From positions 5,704,001-5,768,000 of the forward strand of contig OZ024751.1 of assembly GCA_964016885.1 (NCBI GenBank): a stretch of 64,000 nucleotides of DNA, written 5' to 3'. This document shows, piece after piece, positions 40,217-53,330 of this stretch (position 1 is its first letter; every line of letters starts with the position of its first letter). Under the pieces are notes generated by a model. It made no database searches. It had not been told where the DNA came from and saw only the letters and a list, made by a program, of their open reading frames with translations. Both the position numbers and the translations under genes were made by a program. The DNA comes from Eledone cirrhosa (lineage: Eukaryota).

Positions 40217-40519
40217 ACATATATATATATATATATATATGGAGAGTGAGAGGAGAGAGAGAGAGAGAGGGAGAGAAGTAGTTCACCATTTCCGAGAACA
40301 ATTGTTTCTTCTTAGTCGGGTCATCACCTCGGTTTAAATGAGATTATACGGAATAGGAAAACAATTATACGAATACGCATGTGCAGAAGAAGTCACTTTC
40401 CAAACGGGAATCCACTCACGTTAGATCGAGAGAGATGACTGTGAAAACTGAGAATATAATAGATTATTCATGTTATTCAATCCATAACATAATAGATTAT
40501 TCATGATAGTCAGTCTGGA

Positions 40520-41280
40520 CTTTGTAATTACGCAATAAGTGTTTCGAAACGTGTGGACAATGGGAGAAAAATTCATACCTTGTATTCAGACTAGCAGCTC
40601 CTCGAGTTCTTGATTGTTTCTTCAATGCACAGCCCCACAAGCCGGATTCCCATTTCCGACTTAGTCATAACTTTCCATTGAATGGAGTAATCCATGCCTA
40701 CGTCATTGAGGGATCATATGTGGCAAGCCACATATGGTACCCCGTGGATATAATAATATATAAGGGAACAAACAATCAGTGCTGCATCATATACATATTT
40801 AATTACATAGTAGATATGTTTCACTGCCGATCACCTCTAATAACTATATATATATATACATGTGTATTAATCGATTAATCGAGTGTTTAAGCATTATACA
40901 AACACAGATGTCATGGGATTGAATTATCTTGTTGGATGATAGTTGTCTCACTGTTCAAGTTGCATTTGTAAGAGTGAATATAATGTGGTTAACTATAACT
41001 ATACATTAGAGTAAACTTCGCAGTTAGATGTATAACATTCGTTAATGTTACATGGTAGATTTTCACCACGATGGTTCGCATATATTTTTCCCTGATATTC
41101 TAAACAGCTGTATGTATGTAGTTTAAGTATATCTAGTAAATTAGATAACATTTTTATATTCTGATTGCTTTTGTACATTGTCATCTGTTACAATATATAA
41201 TTAATTTAGTTTCCGGAAATATCCTTGCGTAAGTGTGCTATGAAATGTGTTTTTTCGCATCTTACTTCCATTGCACTCTT
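40520..41280 (-). mobile_element. Old PLE GIY-YIG fragment
   Basis: Minus GLCIEE...SLNTRYEFFSHCPHVSKHLL resembles the PLE endonuclease C-terminus. Confidence 0.5.
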
Positions 41281-41855
41281 TTAAGAAAAATGAAATAAAC
41301 ATGTTTTTATTTTGATTTACGTTTGATAAATATATATTATATACAGGCGTTCCAAAAATATATATATCATATATCGGGTGTTCAAATATATATATATATA
41401 TACAAATATATTACACAAAGAGAAGTGTGTTACAACAATTTGGAGCTCGTTAAGTATACGAGGATTAACCTGTAGATATTGTTCTCTATACAGTAACGGT
41501 AAAACTCACTTGTAATAATTCTTTACACATATCTCACTGCGTAACACACTTCTCTTTGTGTAATATATTTGTATTTGAGCTCAGAAGAAAATTCTCTATT
41601 CTTCTTTGAGCTAATATTATTATTATTACTGTGAACTGCTGAATACTCTTAATTCCGATCCTCGTATACTTAACGAGCTCCAAATTGTTGAGCTAATAAA
41701 TTCGAATGGTTGGGCTGCTCTCTCTAGCATTTTCCCCAATCCATGAGAGCCATTATTTGATGCAAATAACACATGATTTCGCCCTACTCTGGGAAGCGTG
41801 TATATTAGCTTTCTCTCTATACATGAGGTTAGATGTGTCGTGAACAGAATCCACA

Positions 41856-41931
41856 TTTGCTGACTGAGGAACCTGTGCACTGTTAAACTGCACATTTCTG
41901 TGGTGAAACGAACTAGATTCGTATCAGCAAA
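41856..41931 (+). ncRNA. Canonical type-I hammerhead ribozyme
   Basis: TTTGCTGA-CTGAGGA-ACC/TGTGCA..TGCACA/GGT-GAAA-CGAA ctaga TTCG-TA-TCAGCAAA; GUA cleavage after 41923. Confidence 0.88.
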
Positions 41932-42236
41932 CTTATAGTTATAAGGTTGGTAATTTAAAACTCTACTTCAGAGATTTGATTCTGACTTAGCTTTTTCTAT
42001 TTAATTGCTAACCTGTAGATATGGTTCTCAATACAGTAACGGTAACACTCACTTGTAATAATTCTTTACACACATCTCACTGTGTAACACACTTCTCTTT
42101 GTGTAATATATTTGTATTTCAGCTCTGAAGAAAATTCTCTATTCTTCTTTGAGCTAATATTATTATTATTACTGTGTAGAAACAATTATTATTATTACTG
42201 TGAACTGCGGAACATTATTAATTCCGATCCTCGTAT

Positions 42237-42285
<49 letters not shown>

Positions 42286-42325
42286 GATATTAAACAAATG
42301 GAAACTACATTTATAAAGCCATATT

Positions 42326-42391
42326 TATTTCATTATATATATTTCAGGGATATCATATTAAAAATATGGTATTCCCTCTTCAAACAAAATA
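42326..42391 (-). ncRNA. Minimal hammerhead copy with C3>U change
   Basis: Mirror of 43925-43990 with TTGAAGA core. Confidence 0.55.
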
Positions 42392-43924
42392 CAATATATA
42401 AACAGTTTTATAAATAAATTTGACATACCTTAAACAATTTTACAACTTCCATTTAAAAAGTTGTTATGGTAGTGAGAATGTTAAGGACAGTTAGAAAGAA
42501 AGACGGAGAAAAAAGAAAAAAGAAAAAGAAGGAAAAAAGAAAAAGAAAGAGCGGAAGGTGAAGAAGATGAAGAAATGTATGTAAAGAGAAAAACACCAAA
42601 TGAGAGATTTATGAGGGAAGGGGGTACTGTAATTATTTATTTAATTATTTATTTATTGAGTGTTAAGGATACGGGGAGAAATAAAAACAAAAACAAAAAT
42701 AAATAAGGAGAGGTAGATCGAGTAATATCTATTATACGAGGTGGGAGAGATAGGGGAGGGGTGAGATACAGGAGATAGAGTTAAAACAGCCGATACATAA
42801 GTCCCGTCAAATGTAGAGGGAGGAGGAGAGGAGATATACTTAGAAATAAAAATGATAGTTTTAAAATATTATGTTTCATCAGTCTATCAATTCCTATGAA
42901 TTATAATGTAAATATCAATATCCATGAATGAGACACATATCAATAATGTGTGAAAAAATAATGACTATATGTTTAGTTTAAAAATTCTTAGGTTTACAAT
43001 CAAAATCTGAGATAAAACTTCGAAAAAAAAAAAAAAAAAAATACTGAAATACATAAGTATATATGTATTTTCATGCAAAAAGAGAAAAAGAAAAAAGAGA
43101 AAGAAAAAGAGAAGGTTATCTCAAATTGACATTATAGACATCTGTGAGTTTACGTGATCAGCTCTGTAAATTTTTATTTCACATGAAAATCTTCATTGCG
43201 TTAAAATAGATTTTACCATACATATATGTACATACATACATATATATACATAAAATATACATTATTAATAATAATAATAATATCCTTGCCCTCTCTTACA
43301 TGATTTTCGTTCAAGCATAGAATAGAACAGATATCAATATATTAAAATATTAAAAACATTATTTTTTCACACATTATTGATATGTGTCTCATTCATGAAT
43401 ATTGATATTTACATTATAATTCATAGGAATTGATAGACTGATGAAACATAATATTTTAAAACTATCATTTTTATTTCTAAGTATATCTCCTCTCCTCCTC
43501 CCTCTACATTTGACGGGACTTATGTATCGGCTGTTTTAACTCTATCTCCTGTATCTCACCCCTCCCCTATCTCTCCCACCTCGTATAATAGATATTACTC
43601 GATCTACCTCTCCTTATTTATTTTTGTTTTTGTTTTTATTTCTCCCCGTATCCTTAACACTAAATAAATAAATAAATAAATAATTACAGTACCCCATTCC
43701 CTCATAAATCTCTCATTTGGTGTTTTTCTCTTTACATACATTTCTTCATCTTCTTCACCTTCCGCTCTTTCTTTTTCTCTTTTCCTTCTTTTTCTTTTTT
43801 CTTTTTTCTCCGTCTTTCTTTCTAACTGTCCTTAACATTCTCACTACCATAACAACTTTTCAAATGGAAGTTGTAAAATTGTTTAAGGTATGTCAAATTT
43901 ATTTATAAAACTGTTTATATATTG

Positions 43925-43990
43925 TATTTTGTCTGAAGAGGGCATACCATATTTTTAATATGATATCCCTGAAATATATATAATGAAATA
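43925..43990 (+). ncRNA. Minimal type-I hammerhead (PLE type)
   Basis: TATTTTGT-CTGAAGA-14-bp imperfect stem II-GAAA-TATATA-TA-ATGAAATA. Confidence 0.72.
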
Positions 43991-44030
43991 AATATGGTTT
44001 TATAAATGTAGTTTCCATTTGTTTAATATC

Positions 44031-44097
<67 letters not shown>

Positions 44098-44412
44098 TAT
44101 ATATAGTATACGAGGATCGGAATTAATAATGTTCCGCAGTTCACAGTAATAATAATAATTGTTTCTACACAGTAATAATAATAATATTAGCTTAAAGAAG
44201 AATAGAGAATTTTCTTCAGAGCTGAAATACAAATATATTACACAAAGAGAAGTGTGTTACACAGTGAGATGTGTGTAAAGAATTATTACAAGTGAGTGTT
44301 ACCGTTACTGTATTGAGAACCATATCTACAGGTTAGCAATTAAATAGAAAAAGCTAAGTCAGAATCAAATCTCTGAAGTAGAGTTTTAAATTACCAACCT
44401 TATAACTATAAG

Positions 44413-44488
44413 TTTGCTGATACGAATCTAGTTCGTTTCACCACAGAAATGTGCAGTTTAACAGCGCACAGGTTCCTCAGTCAGCAAA
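44413..44488 (-). ncRNA. Canonical hammerhead, mirror copy
   Basis: Reverse complement of 41856-41931 with one A>G giving a G.U pair in stem II. Confidence 0.87.
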
Positions 44489-44790
44489 TGTGGATTCTGT
44501 TCACGACACATCTAACCTCATGTATAGAGAGAAAGCTAATATACACGCTTTCCAGAGTAGGGCGAAATCATGTGTTATTTGCATCAAATAACGGCTCTCA
44601 TGGATTGGGGAAAATGCTAGAGAGAGCAGCCCAACCATTCGAATTTATTAGCTCAACAATTTGGAGCTCGTTAAGTATACGAGGATCGGAATTAAGAGTA
44701 TTCATCAATTCACAGTAATAATAATAATATTAGCTCAAAGAAGAATAGAGAATTTTCTTCTGAGCTCAAATACAAATATATTACACAAAG

Positions 44791-44851
44791 ATTACACAAG
44801 GGCGGTGCCCCAGCATGGCCTCAGCCGGATGGCTGAAACAGGTAAAAGAGT
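44791..44851 (+). mobile_element. 3' end of a second octopus SINE type inserted in one IR arm
   Basis: GGCGGTGCCCCAGCATGGCC..GCTGAAACAGGTAAAAGA; absent from the left arm. Confidence 0.65.
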
Positions 44852-44879
44852 AAAGAGAAGTGTGTTACGCAGTGAGATT

Positions 44880-44970
44880 GAAAAGAGGATCATCACGATA
44901 CAGATCGCAGTTTAAAACGGGAAAGACTTTATATAGGTCGTTTAGTAAGAAAATAGCAACTATTTTTCAC
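44880..44970 (-). pseudogene. Hydra-like PLE RT fragment (YRDD)
   Basis: IVAIFLLNDLYKVFPVLNCDLYRDDPLF aligns by eye with LVGIYLLHSLEEEIPWIGGGIYRDDALF at ~35330. Confidence 0.65.
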
Positions 44971-46313
44971 ATAAACAACCTCTCAAAGGCCCTTAAATCT
45001 ATAGTAAACACGTATATAATTGAATTTCATGACTGTCCTCTGATAGAGTTACTATGTGTACCTCTATGTATCCATAATCAAATCTTACCTCCACTGCAAT
45101 TTCCAGAACAGGGCGGTATAAGAAAGACAGTCTTCATAATAAAATTGTTCATGATTCTCTCATTTAATTTCCCAGTCATGTTGTTGGAATGTTAATGCTA
45201 ATAACTTCTGCTGTACATATACACAATTTCCCATGTATCTAAATATTTAGATCAATTGATTGTATCTTAATATATATGTATGTTATAGTGTTCTGGTTTA
45301 GTGTGGGCTGATATGGAAATCATGAAACAATTTAACTGGTACTACATTGCGCTAAAATATCCCGGAGAAATTTAACATCACCAAATAGTAATCAGGTTTA
45401 TCCGTTTGGATAACTGTTTAGCATAGCAAACATATTTAAAGTATATTTTGTACATCCGTCTACATGAGAAATATAGTTTCGAGTAATTTGATTTCAACCC
45501 TTATTTTTATTTTACTTAAAGGACACAGGAAATAGTCTAATAGATTTCTAAAGTAAGAATGTGATGTTATATTTGATATTAGAACAATAAAAAATCGTGA
45601 TATTTCCCCCAATAATATGGAGAGAATCAATGCAGTTCTCTATTGTACATATCATGACCCCTCGTGTATTTTATGAATAAACACACTTATTATGCTTCAG
45701 TCTTTTGTTTCACTTGTCAAATGTCAAATTAAATTTTCTGAGAGATGTATTTTTATAATAATCTTTGATTAGTTAGAAGAAACTGAATCAAATGGAATAC
45801 AACAGAAGTTATTAGTTTTCCAATGTAAAGGTTAATTTGATTGGATAGCTTTCACTGTATCTTCCCTTTTAAGTTGCCTTAGATTCTATGACCTAGCCAT
45901 TTGCATAGAAACACCAAATAATAGATCTCTGTTGGAGATTTAATTGTAGAATTTTAAACGAAGAGGATATAAAAGAAATTTCGATTATAATTGTTTTTTC
46001 TTTTTCGAAAGATACGACATTTGAAAGGTCAGAAAATATCATTATATGTTTTCAAATTTCAAAAGACATTTCAAAAGACATTGTATTTCTAAATATTTTG
46101 AATAAGCACTGGAGTCGTCATTGAATGTTGTGAAACATAGATAAATGCAGGTAATTACACGACGTACTGGGTCTTAAATCAGCATTGAAATAGAAGAATT
46201 TGAAAAAAAAACTAAATATATGAATGTATTTCCTGTTACTAAGAAGAACTGTCTAAGAACATTGATTAATGTTATCTGCACTCCATCTTGATAGTAATTG
46301 AATTTATTGAATC

Positions 46314-46358
<45 letters not shown>

Positions 46359-46484
46359 AGTGTGTGTGTGTGTGTCTGTTTATGTATACAAATATATGTA
46401 TATTCATATATGTATGTATATACATATACGTACATATGTGTGCGTATATATATATATACATTTATACACAGAGAGAGATAAAGA

Positions 46485-46546
<62 letters not shown>

Positions 46547-47125
46547 GAGAGAGAGAGAGAGAGCGATTGAGAGTGAGAGAGAAAAAGAAATAGAGTGTGT
46601 ACGTGTGGTGGAGTTAGAGGGCGATAGACATGTTAAAGTATTATCAAATTAATATAATTTAGTAAAGTGAAAATACAAATAAAACTGACATAGACGGTAC
46701 ATATACTTTCGTGTGACCGATTCATAAAACATAATTTTTTTGGTACAAAAAATCTATTTGATAATATTTATAAATATTTGAAAAAGAAAATATTACATAA
46801 AAGATTTTATTTTTTCCTCTAGGAAAAAGTCCATAATTAAGCATAATGAAATATGATTAGATATGAAAAAAAAAAAAAAAATAGTTTCTCACATAATTAT
46901 TGGGAAGCAAATAGTATTTCTAGATCTTTTTGATCCACAGATATTTGCTTATGTAGGTGAGATATTCTAACATTTTACATCGGTTTCCGATTACATTGGC
47001 AATTTTCTATGTATGCGATGTCCTGGTTCTAATACTACATAGGAATGTGTTTCAGAGGTTCTTATTATACACATGACGCAAGAGAACTGATCGAAGGTGG
47101 GAAATATTATATTTGATTGTTTAGG

Positions 47126-47159
<34 letters not shown>

Positions 47160-47199
47160 TCAAAATATTAACAAATATAGACATCCGTGTGATCAAGTA

Positions 47200-47266
47200 T
47201 ATTTTATTATACATAATTCAGAGGTACTGAGCTATTTTCAACAGTACGTCCTCATCAGATAAAATA
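47200..47266 (-). ncRNA. Minimal hammerhead with GAAA>GAAT change
   Basis: TATTTTAT-CTGATGA-GGACGTACTG..CAGTACCTCT-GAAT-TATGT-ATA-ATAAAATA. Confidence 0.6.
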
Positions 47267-47944
47267 AGATGATGCTTGACATACCTTGACTATGTCAAGC
47301 ATCATCTGGCAATTAACGGAAAAAAACTAAGATAATACGTCATATGTGGAGCGGGGAGAACAATTGCACGCAAAGACAAAACCACGTAAATGGTATAACT
47401 GAAGTCGTAGACTAAAATTCTAGCTAGGAAACCGAATTATTCTCGGCTTCAAAGTTAAGAATAAAGTAGATAAAATACAGAGGTAATTGAAATTAAATAA
47501 ATACATACACGCATCCATATACGTACATACACAAGCATACGCGAAAACACTCGCCATACCTATACAAATACACGCACGTACACAAAAGAATAAAATTTAA
47601 AAAAACTCGCACGCACATACAGAACCCACGTAGCGCCTGTACCCGCACGCATACGAATGTATACACAAAATATACATAAAAATATATATAAAAATATATA
47701 TATATATATGTGTGTGTGTGTGCGTGTATACATATAATTAAATAAACGTATATAAATAAATAAATGCGTATATAACAAGCTCACACACATACCTACATGT
47801 AAATACACATATGTTCCGGAGACGTACGTCAACCGAAACACAATTCTTCTCAAAGGCACTTCATATCAGAAGGCCAATACTTAATATGAATGTTATCTAT
47901 GAAAGATTATTACTTAGGTCCACACTGTCTCAGCTATTGAATAA

Positions 47945-48125
47945 TGCTTTCTGATTTAGACACAAGGTCAATTAAATCGGCCTCAGTGCTTTAATGGTCC
48001 TTTATTTTATCGGTCCTATAAAAATTAAAGGCAAAGCTTAACTTAATATCACGTGAACTCAGAACGTAAAGGGGTGTAACTAAATGGTGCAAAGCCTGCT
48101 GTCCGACGCTTTAGCAGTTCTGCCA
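47945..48125 (-). mobile_element. Degenerate SINE
   Basis: TTTATTTTATCGGTCC..AAAGGCAAAG..GAACTCAGAACGTAAAG. Confidence 0.7.
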
Positions 48126-48173
48126 ATACGCATATAATGAATTATAAATGCATTGCTCTGTATTTTGTGTGTG

Positions 48174-48249
<76 letters not shown>

Positions 48250-48253
<4 letters not shown>

Positions 48254-49679
48254 GATGGATGGGGTGGCGGTGGCTGAACTTGCCTGTAGAACAATGAGGG
48301 AGTCGGTGGAGCCGGTCAAGCGTTGAAAGTGAATTCTATACAGGCTCCTCCAAAAATACTTCCCAATACAACACAGCTTCCACTACATAATCAACAAAAA
48401 CATTATCAAACTCTCCTACAGCACCACATCCAACTTCGCACAAAACATTGCCTCCTCAAACAAGAAGAAACTCAACTCCTATGGAAGAAACAACCTAGAT
48501 ATTAGGGGAGGGCCGGCCAGGAGGTGTAACTTCCCTGATAGATCTACGTGCCCCCTCAACAACAGATGGCGAGAACGTAACGTGATCTACCAATGCAACG
48601 TGAGGACGGAAATCTCCAACAAAACCTATTTAGGATTAACCGCTTGAGACTTTAAGACCCGGCTCCAACAACACCGACATACGTTCAGAAACCCGGCCCG
48701 GTGGCATGCCACTACACTTTCGGGCCACATCTGGGACCTCCAAGATAATAACATCACTTACCATCTTACTTGGAGCTTACTTTCCAGGGCAACTCCTACA
48801 CAGGAGGACGCCTCCGTGTAACTTATGCTCGGACGAAACAATACAAATGCTGTTTACGAAGGACCAACTCATAAACAAAAAAGGCGAACTTGTAACTACA
48901 AATTGTAAACACCAATTGCGTAGGACTTACCTCGCCCTCAAACCCCTCATGACCCGGGTGGGTAGACAATGGCTGTAACATCCTTCTTTTCCCCACTTGC
49001 CGAACAAGATAGGGTAAACTCCAGCATACATAGGTAGATGTACTTCTTTTCTTTTTTCCCTTTATCTCTTCTCACTTCCTTCCACTCGCTCTCCTCTTCC
49101 TTTTCCCTTTCCCCTTTCGCTTACCCTGACGCAGCCCATTGGGCTCTTGTAGCCTCAGTACCCCCACCCCAGTAAATTCTATATAGCATTGGCCGAAAAC
49201 GCAATAGTAGCTAAAAATATAGCAGCTGTTTTAGACTCTAGTTTTATTATTATTATTATTATTTTTTATTATTTCATTTTTTTATATTATTTTTATTTAT
49301 TATTCTTTAATTTTTTAATTTCAATTTATTAATTTTTTTATTATTTAATTCCATAACTTCCCGCTCTCAGATTTCTCCAGAATTCTTTCTAATTTCATCC
49401 ACACCCCTTAGAATTTGGTATATAGAAATCACTTTCAACGCTTGACTGGCTCCACCCACTCACTCATTGTTTTACAGGCAAGTTCAGCCACCCCCACCAC
49501 CATAAAAGATTTAATTGTGTTTACATGAAATTTTGACCAATCATTTTGACAACTACAATCTTCCCATATATGGAATTACCATTGAAAGTTTCGGCTAGTT
49601 ATAACCAGGCTAACATTCTAATTTAGTCCAGAAATAGCCGTCGAAACAGCTTGAGCTCTGCCGTTGGGGTCTTGATCAT

Positions 49680-49683
<4 letters not shown>
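48250..49683 (+). mobile_element. 5'-truncated Hydra-like PLE (GIY-YIG part) with inverted terminal copy
   Basis: RCNF..TCPL, NVIYQC, TYLGLT, CNLCSDE, NKKGELVTTNCKH; IR 48259-48340 / 49421-49503; (TA)n flanks. Confidence 0.8.
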
Positions 49684-49725
<42 letters not shown>

Positions 49726-49941
49726 GTATAACTATATATACATAAATATATATGTATATGTATATATTATATATATATACATATATATATATATAATATC
49801 CATATACATATATAAATATATATACACACGCACAAACACACACACCCACATACACACATGTACACATATATACGTATAAATATATCTTTTAACTTTCATT
49901 TTATTCTTAATCTCATAAAATATGGCATGCACAATACATAC

Positions 49942-50051
49942 TCTAGCGTACAAATGGTTAGCATCGTAGCCAAAGCAATATTCCACTCCGAAGCACCATA
50001 TTTGTGGATTGATGTCATTCAGAAAGAAATAGTAAAATATCCACTTCGACA
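49942..50051 (-). CDS. Candidate 110-nt coding exon, unknown hydrophobic product
   Basis: Acceptor ..tttcag, donor AGA|gtatgt, one open frame SKWIFYYFFLNDINPQIWCFGVEYCFGYDANHLYAR. Confidence 0.4.
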
Positions 50052-50636
50052 CTGAAATTAATTCTTATATAAATCCCTAGGTAAAAAATAAATTGATTAA
50101 TGAAATATAGTAGCCATATAATTAAAGATGCCAAGAGTAGAAAACACTGATTTATTGTTGAAAAAAATATAGACATATATCACAAATCGCTATGGATATT
50201 AAAAATGAACATAAATTGATTTAATTTTTATTTGGTTCTCTGTAGTCTGAAACTAAATACATATATTTACAACGCCTGTCAACGATTTATATACCTTATA
50301 CAATAAAAATAAACATTTATTTTCTGATGAAGAAAAGAAAAGGGCAAAGGAACGGAAACGTAAAATTTAAGTGAATTAGCTCTAGCAATGAATTATTAAG
50401 AGATAAGAAAATATGTTATGTTGTAAACAAACCTTAGATCTTTAATAATAAATATAAATGGATTAGATATTATGTTATTCGTCTTGGGGTTCACAACCTT
50501 TTCTTTGAAATATTATAATATATATATACAAACACATAGGCGCACACATATATCTTTCATTTTCACAATTTATTTCTCTCTTTCTCGATATATATAAATG
50601 TATATATATACAATAAATAAATAAATAGATAAATAA

Positions 50637-50744
<108 letters not shown>

Positions 50745-50899
50745 ATGATAGTGGGTAAAATCGATGTTTCAACTACGGCTAACATCTCTCGAAAGAACGA
50801 TGCTCAGAAGCTTGCACAAGCACTCAATAAGATGATATCGATAAATCGATAAGTTAAATTTCAGAGTAAGAAACATACGTTTTGTATATATATATATAA

Positions 50900-50936
<37 letters not shown>

Positions 50937-52121
50937 CGCGCGCATTTATATGTGTGTGTGCGTGCGTGCGGGTAATTTATAAGTAAGAATACATAAATGT
51001 GCGTAATATATTTCAGAAATAAACTGTCAACTTACACATGCACATATATAACCACTTTATGACACACACACGCAAACACACACACACACACGCGTACATA
51101 AACGGGCAGAGTAGAGATTACAGGCACACTTTTATATAAAATACCTCCAGATTGAATCATTTTCTCAGTTTTCTTTGTTTTTCATACACATATAAGCATT
51201 TATGCATATCTCTGTGTGTTTTTATATAAATATCTATATATATATATCTATATATATAAAACAGAGGATGTCTGTCTGTGTGTCTATTTCCCTAAAATTC
51301 GAGAAGTGCCCAGCCGTTTTTCTTCAAACTTTACACATGTAACCCTTATGGCCCCGGAAGTGTTCTGAGCAAAAAAAATTTCAAATCATTCTGACCTAGG
51401 GATCGAATTAGTGAAGTGGCCAATGTCTGTACATAATGATGGAGTGATAGGGGAGAGAAAGAAACGGAGAAGCGAAGTGAAGAAGTGGCTCTCTACTCCT
51501 CCTGCTCCTTCTCCCCATTCGTCACAGCGTTTTTCGATAGAGGGGAGAAATGTGAACGAGTTACAGAGAGAAAGAGTGAGAGTGAAAGAAACATACAGAC
51601 TAAAAGAGGGGGATAGCGGGAGAGAGAGAGTGACAGACGCCGTCTTTTGAGAGTTGTATGCGTCAAAGATACATGACAGTGAAATAACTATTGCGTGTGT
51701 GTGAGTTTGTGTGCGTTTGCATGCGTGAGTGTGTATGTGTGCGTGAGTGATTATAAACTCTCTCACATGGTCTGATGGAATTTAGCATTTTTATTACTCT
51801 ATATATACTATATTATTTTCATGGTAAAGGCTTTATCTCACATAATATACAAATCTCATAGATTTAATATTATTTATTTTGAGAACAATACCTTAACCCG
51901 TTATTATTAATGTGAGTGAACTATAAAGAGAAAGAGTGAGAGTGAAAGAAACAAACAGACTAAAAGAGGGGGATAGTGGGAGAGAGAGAGAGAGACGCTG
52001 GAAGAGGGGAAGGAAAGCTATAAGTAATTAACACGTGTGCGTGTGTGTATGCGTGCGCGTGTGTTTGTGTGTGCATGCGCGCGTTTGTGTGTGTGCGTGT
52101 GTGTTCGCGCAGGGTTCCATT

Positions 52122-52235
52122 ATGAGTTAAATCCTGCCGAGGTTAACTTTACCATTCATCCTTACAGGGTCGATAAAATAAAATACCAGTAATGCACTGG
52201 GTAATTGCTGGCCTTGTGCCTAAAGTAGAAACAAT
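52122..52235 (+). mobile_element. 5'-truncated SINE nested in the Helitron
   Basis: Core plus tail GGCCTTGTGCCTAAAGTAGAAAC. Confidence 0.8.
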
Positions 52236-52518
52236 TATGAGTTAAATCTATTAACATGTGTGTGTGTGAGTTTGCGTGCGTTTCTGCGTTTGCGTGCTTC
52301 AGTGTGTGTGTGTACTTGCGTGTGGCGTTTCATTTACGCCATTTTTGTCACTGACAACATTCACTAACTTACACTCATTCCAACCGCTGCTCTTACTGTT
52401 ACCCATCTCCCTATCCATACCCCGTTCGGAAATCACATGCATCGGTTTTTAATTCACTGACGAGTTTACTCCTTACTCTACCAGTAAGTTTTAGTCTACT
52501 TCGTACTGCTTTTAGGTC

Positions 52519-53330
52519 ATGCCTCGAAGGAAGAGATACTCCATTGGTCGAAAAACTGCGAAAGCAGCAACAACACGAACAGGGCGGGCAAACGAATCGT
52601 CAGTGGAATCTACTATTCGACGGTCGCAAGATGCTAAACCTACTGCCACCAGAAGAGCACTTGAAACAGACAATCAACGAACCATTCGCCGAACCGCTAA
52701 TGCCGCATCAACTTCTGTTGCACGAGCAGCCGAGACGGACGATAAGTGTAAAAGACGTCGGAGTACGGATGCTGCGAATACTGCTGCTGCGCGAGCTGCC
52801 GAGACGTACGACCAGCGTAAAAGACGTCGGAGTACGTGCGAATTGGGGGTATGTCAAAGACGTTCTCTTTCTGTAATGCAAAAAAGTGGCCCGGAGAAAC
52901 ACCTGGCTTGTGTTGCGTAAATGGAAAAGTAAAATTACGTCCACTGGAGGATCCACCACAACCGTTAACTCCTATATTCGAGCAGTACTGCGGAGTCACG
53001 GCATTCCCTGACTTACATCCGGGGTATAACATTGTCAAGGAAGGCGGATTTATGCCCACATTTAAGGTTCAAGGTCAGGTGTACCATAGAATCGGATCCC
53101 TCCAACCTGCCGCCAATCAAGAACCTCAATTTCTTCAGCTGTATTTTGTTGGGAATGTCAACGAGCAGGCAGCCATGAGGAACTCCATTTCACCCGGTAC
53201 CAATGTCGAGCTTATAAGGAAATTGCAAGACATTCTGCACACAAAAACAGCTATGTCATTAGCTTCAAGAATGCCTTAGAAGCAGATACCACAGCCAATT
53301 TTAATGTGGTAATTGATGCCTCGAAAATGC
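52519..53330 (+). pseudogene. Helitron RepHel N-terminus
   Basis: Arg-rich AAET repeats, C.AKKWPGETPGLCCVNGKV, FKVQGQVYHRIGSL, FLQLYF. Confidence 0.88.

Larger units (their letters stand above)
41531..44878. repeat. Large inverted duplication: ~1.45-kb arms (41531-42963 / 43357-44878), ~390-bp spacer
   Basis: Arms are reverse complements with sparse substitutions; mirrored ORFs 41626-41895/44449-44718 and 42112-42417/43899-44232. Confidence 0.95.

Noticed and set aside
42121-42155. CTGAAGA as a hammerhead core
   Set aside because: Forms a simple hairpin (AGCTC..GAAGAA/TTCTTC..GAGCT) with no GAAA strand
50318-50356. CTGATGA...GAAACGTA hammerhead
   Set aside because: Intervening purine-rich sequence cannot form stem II
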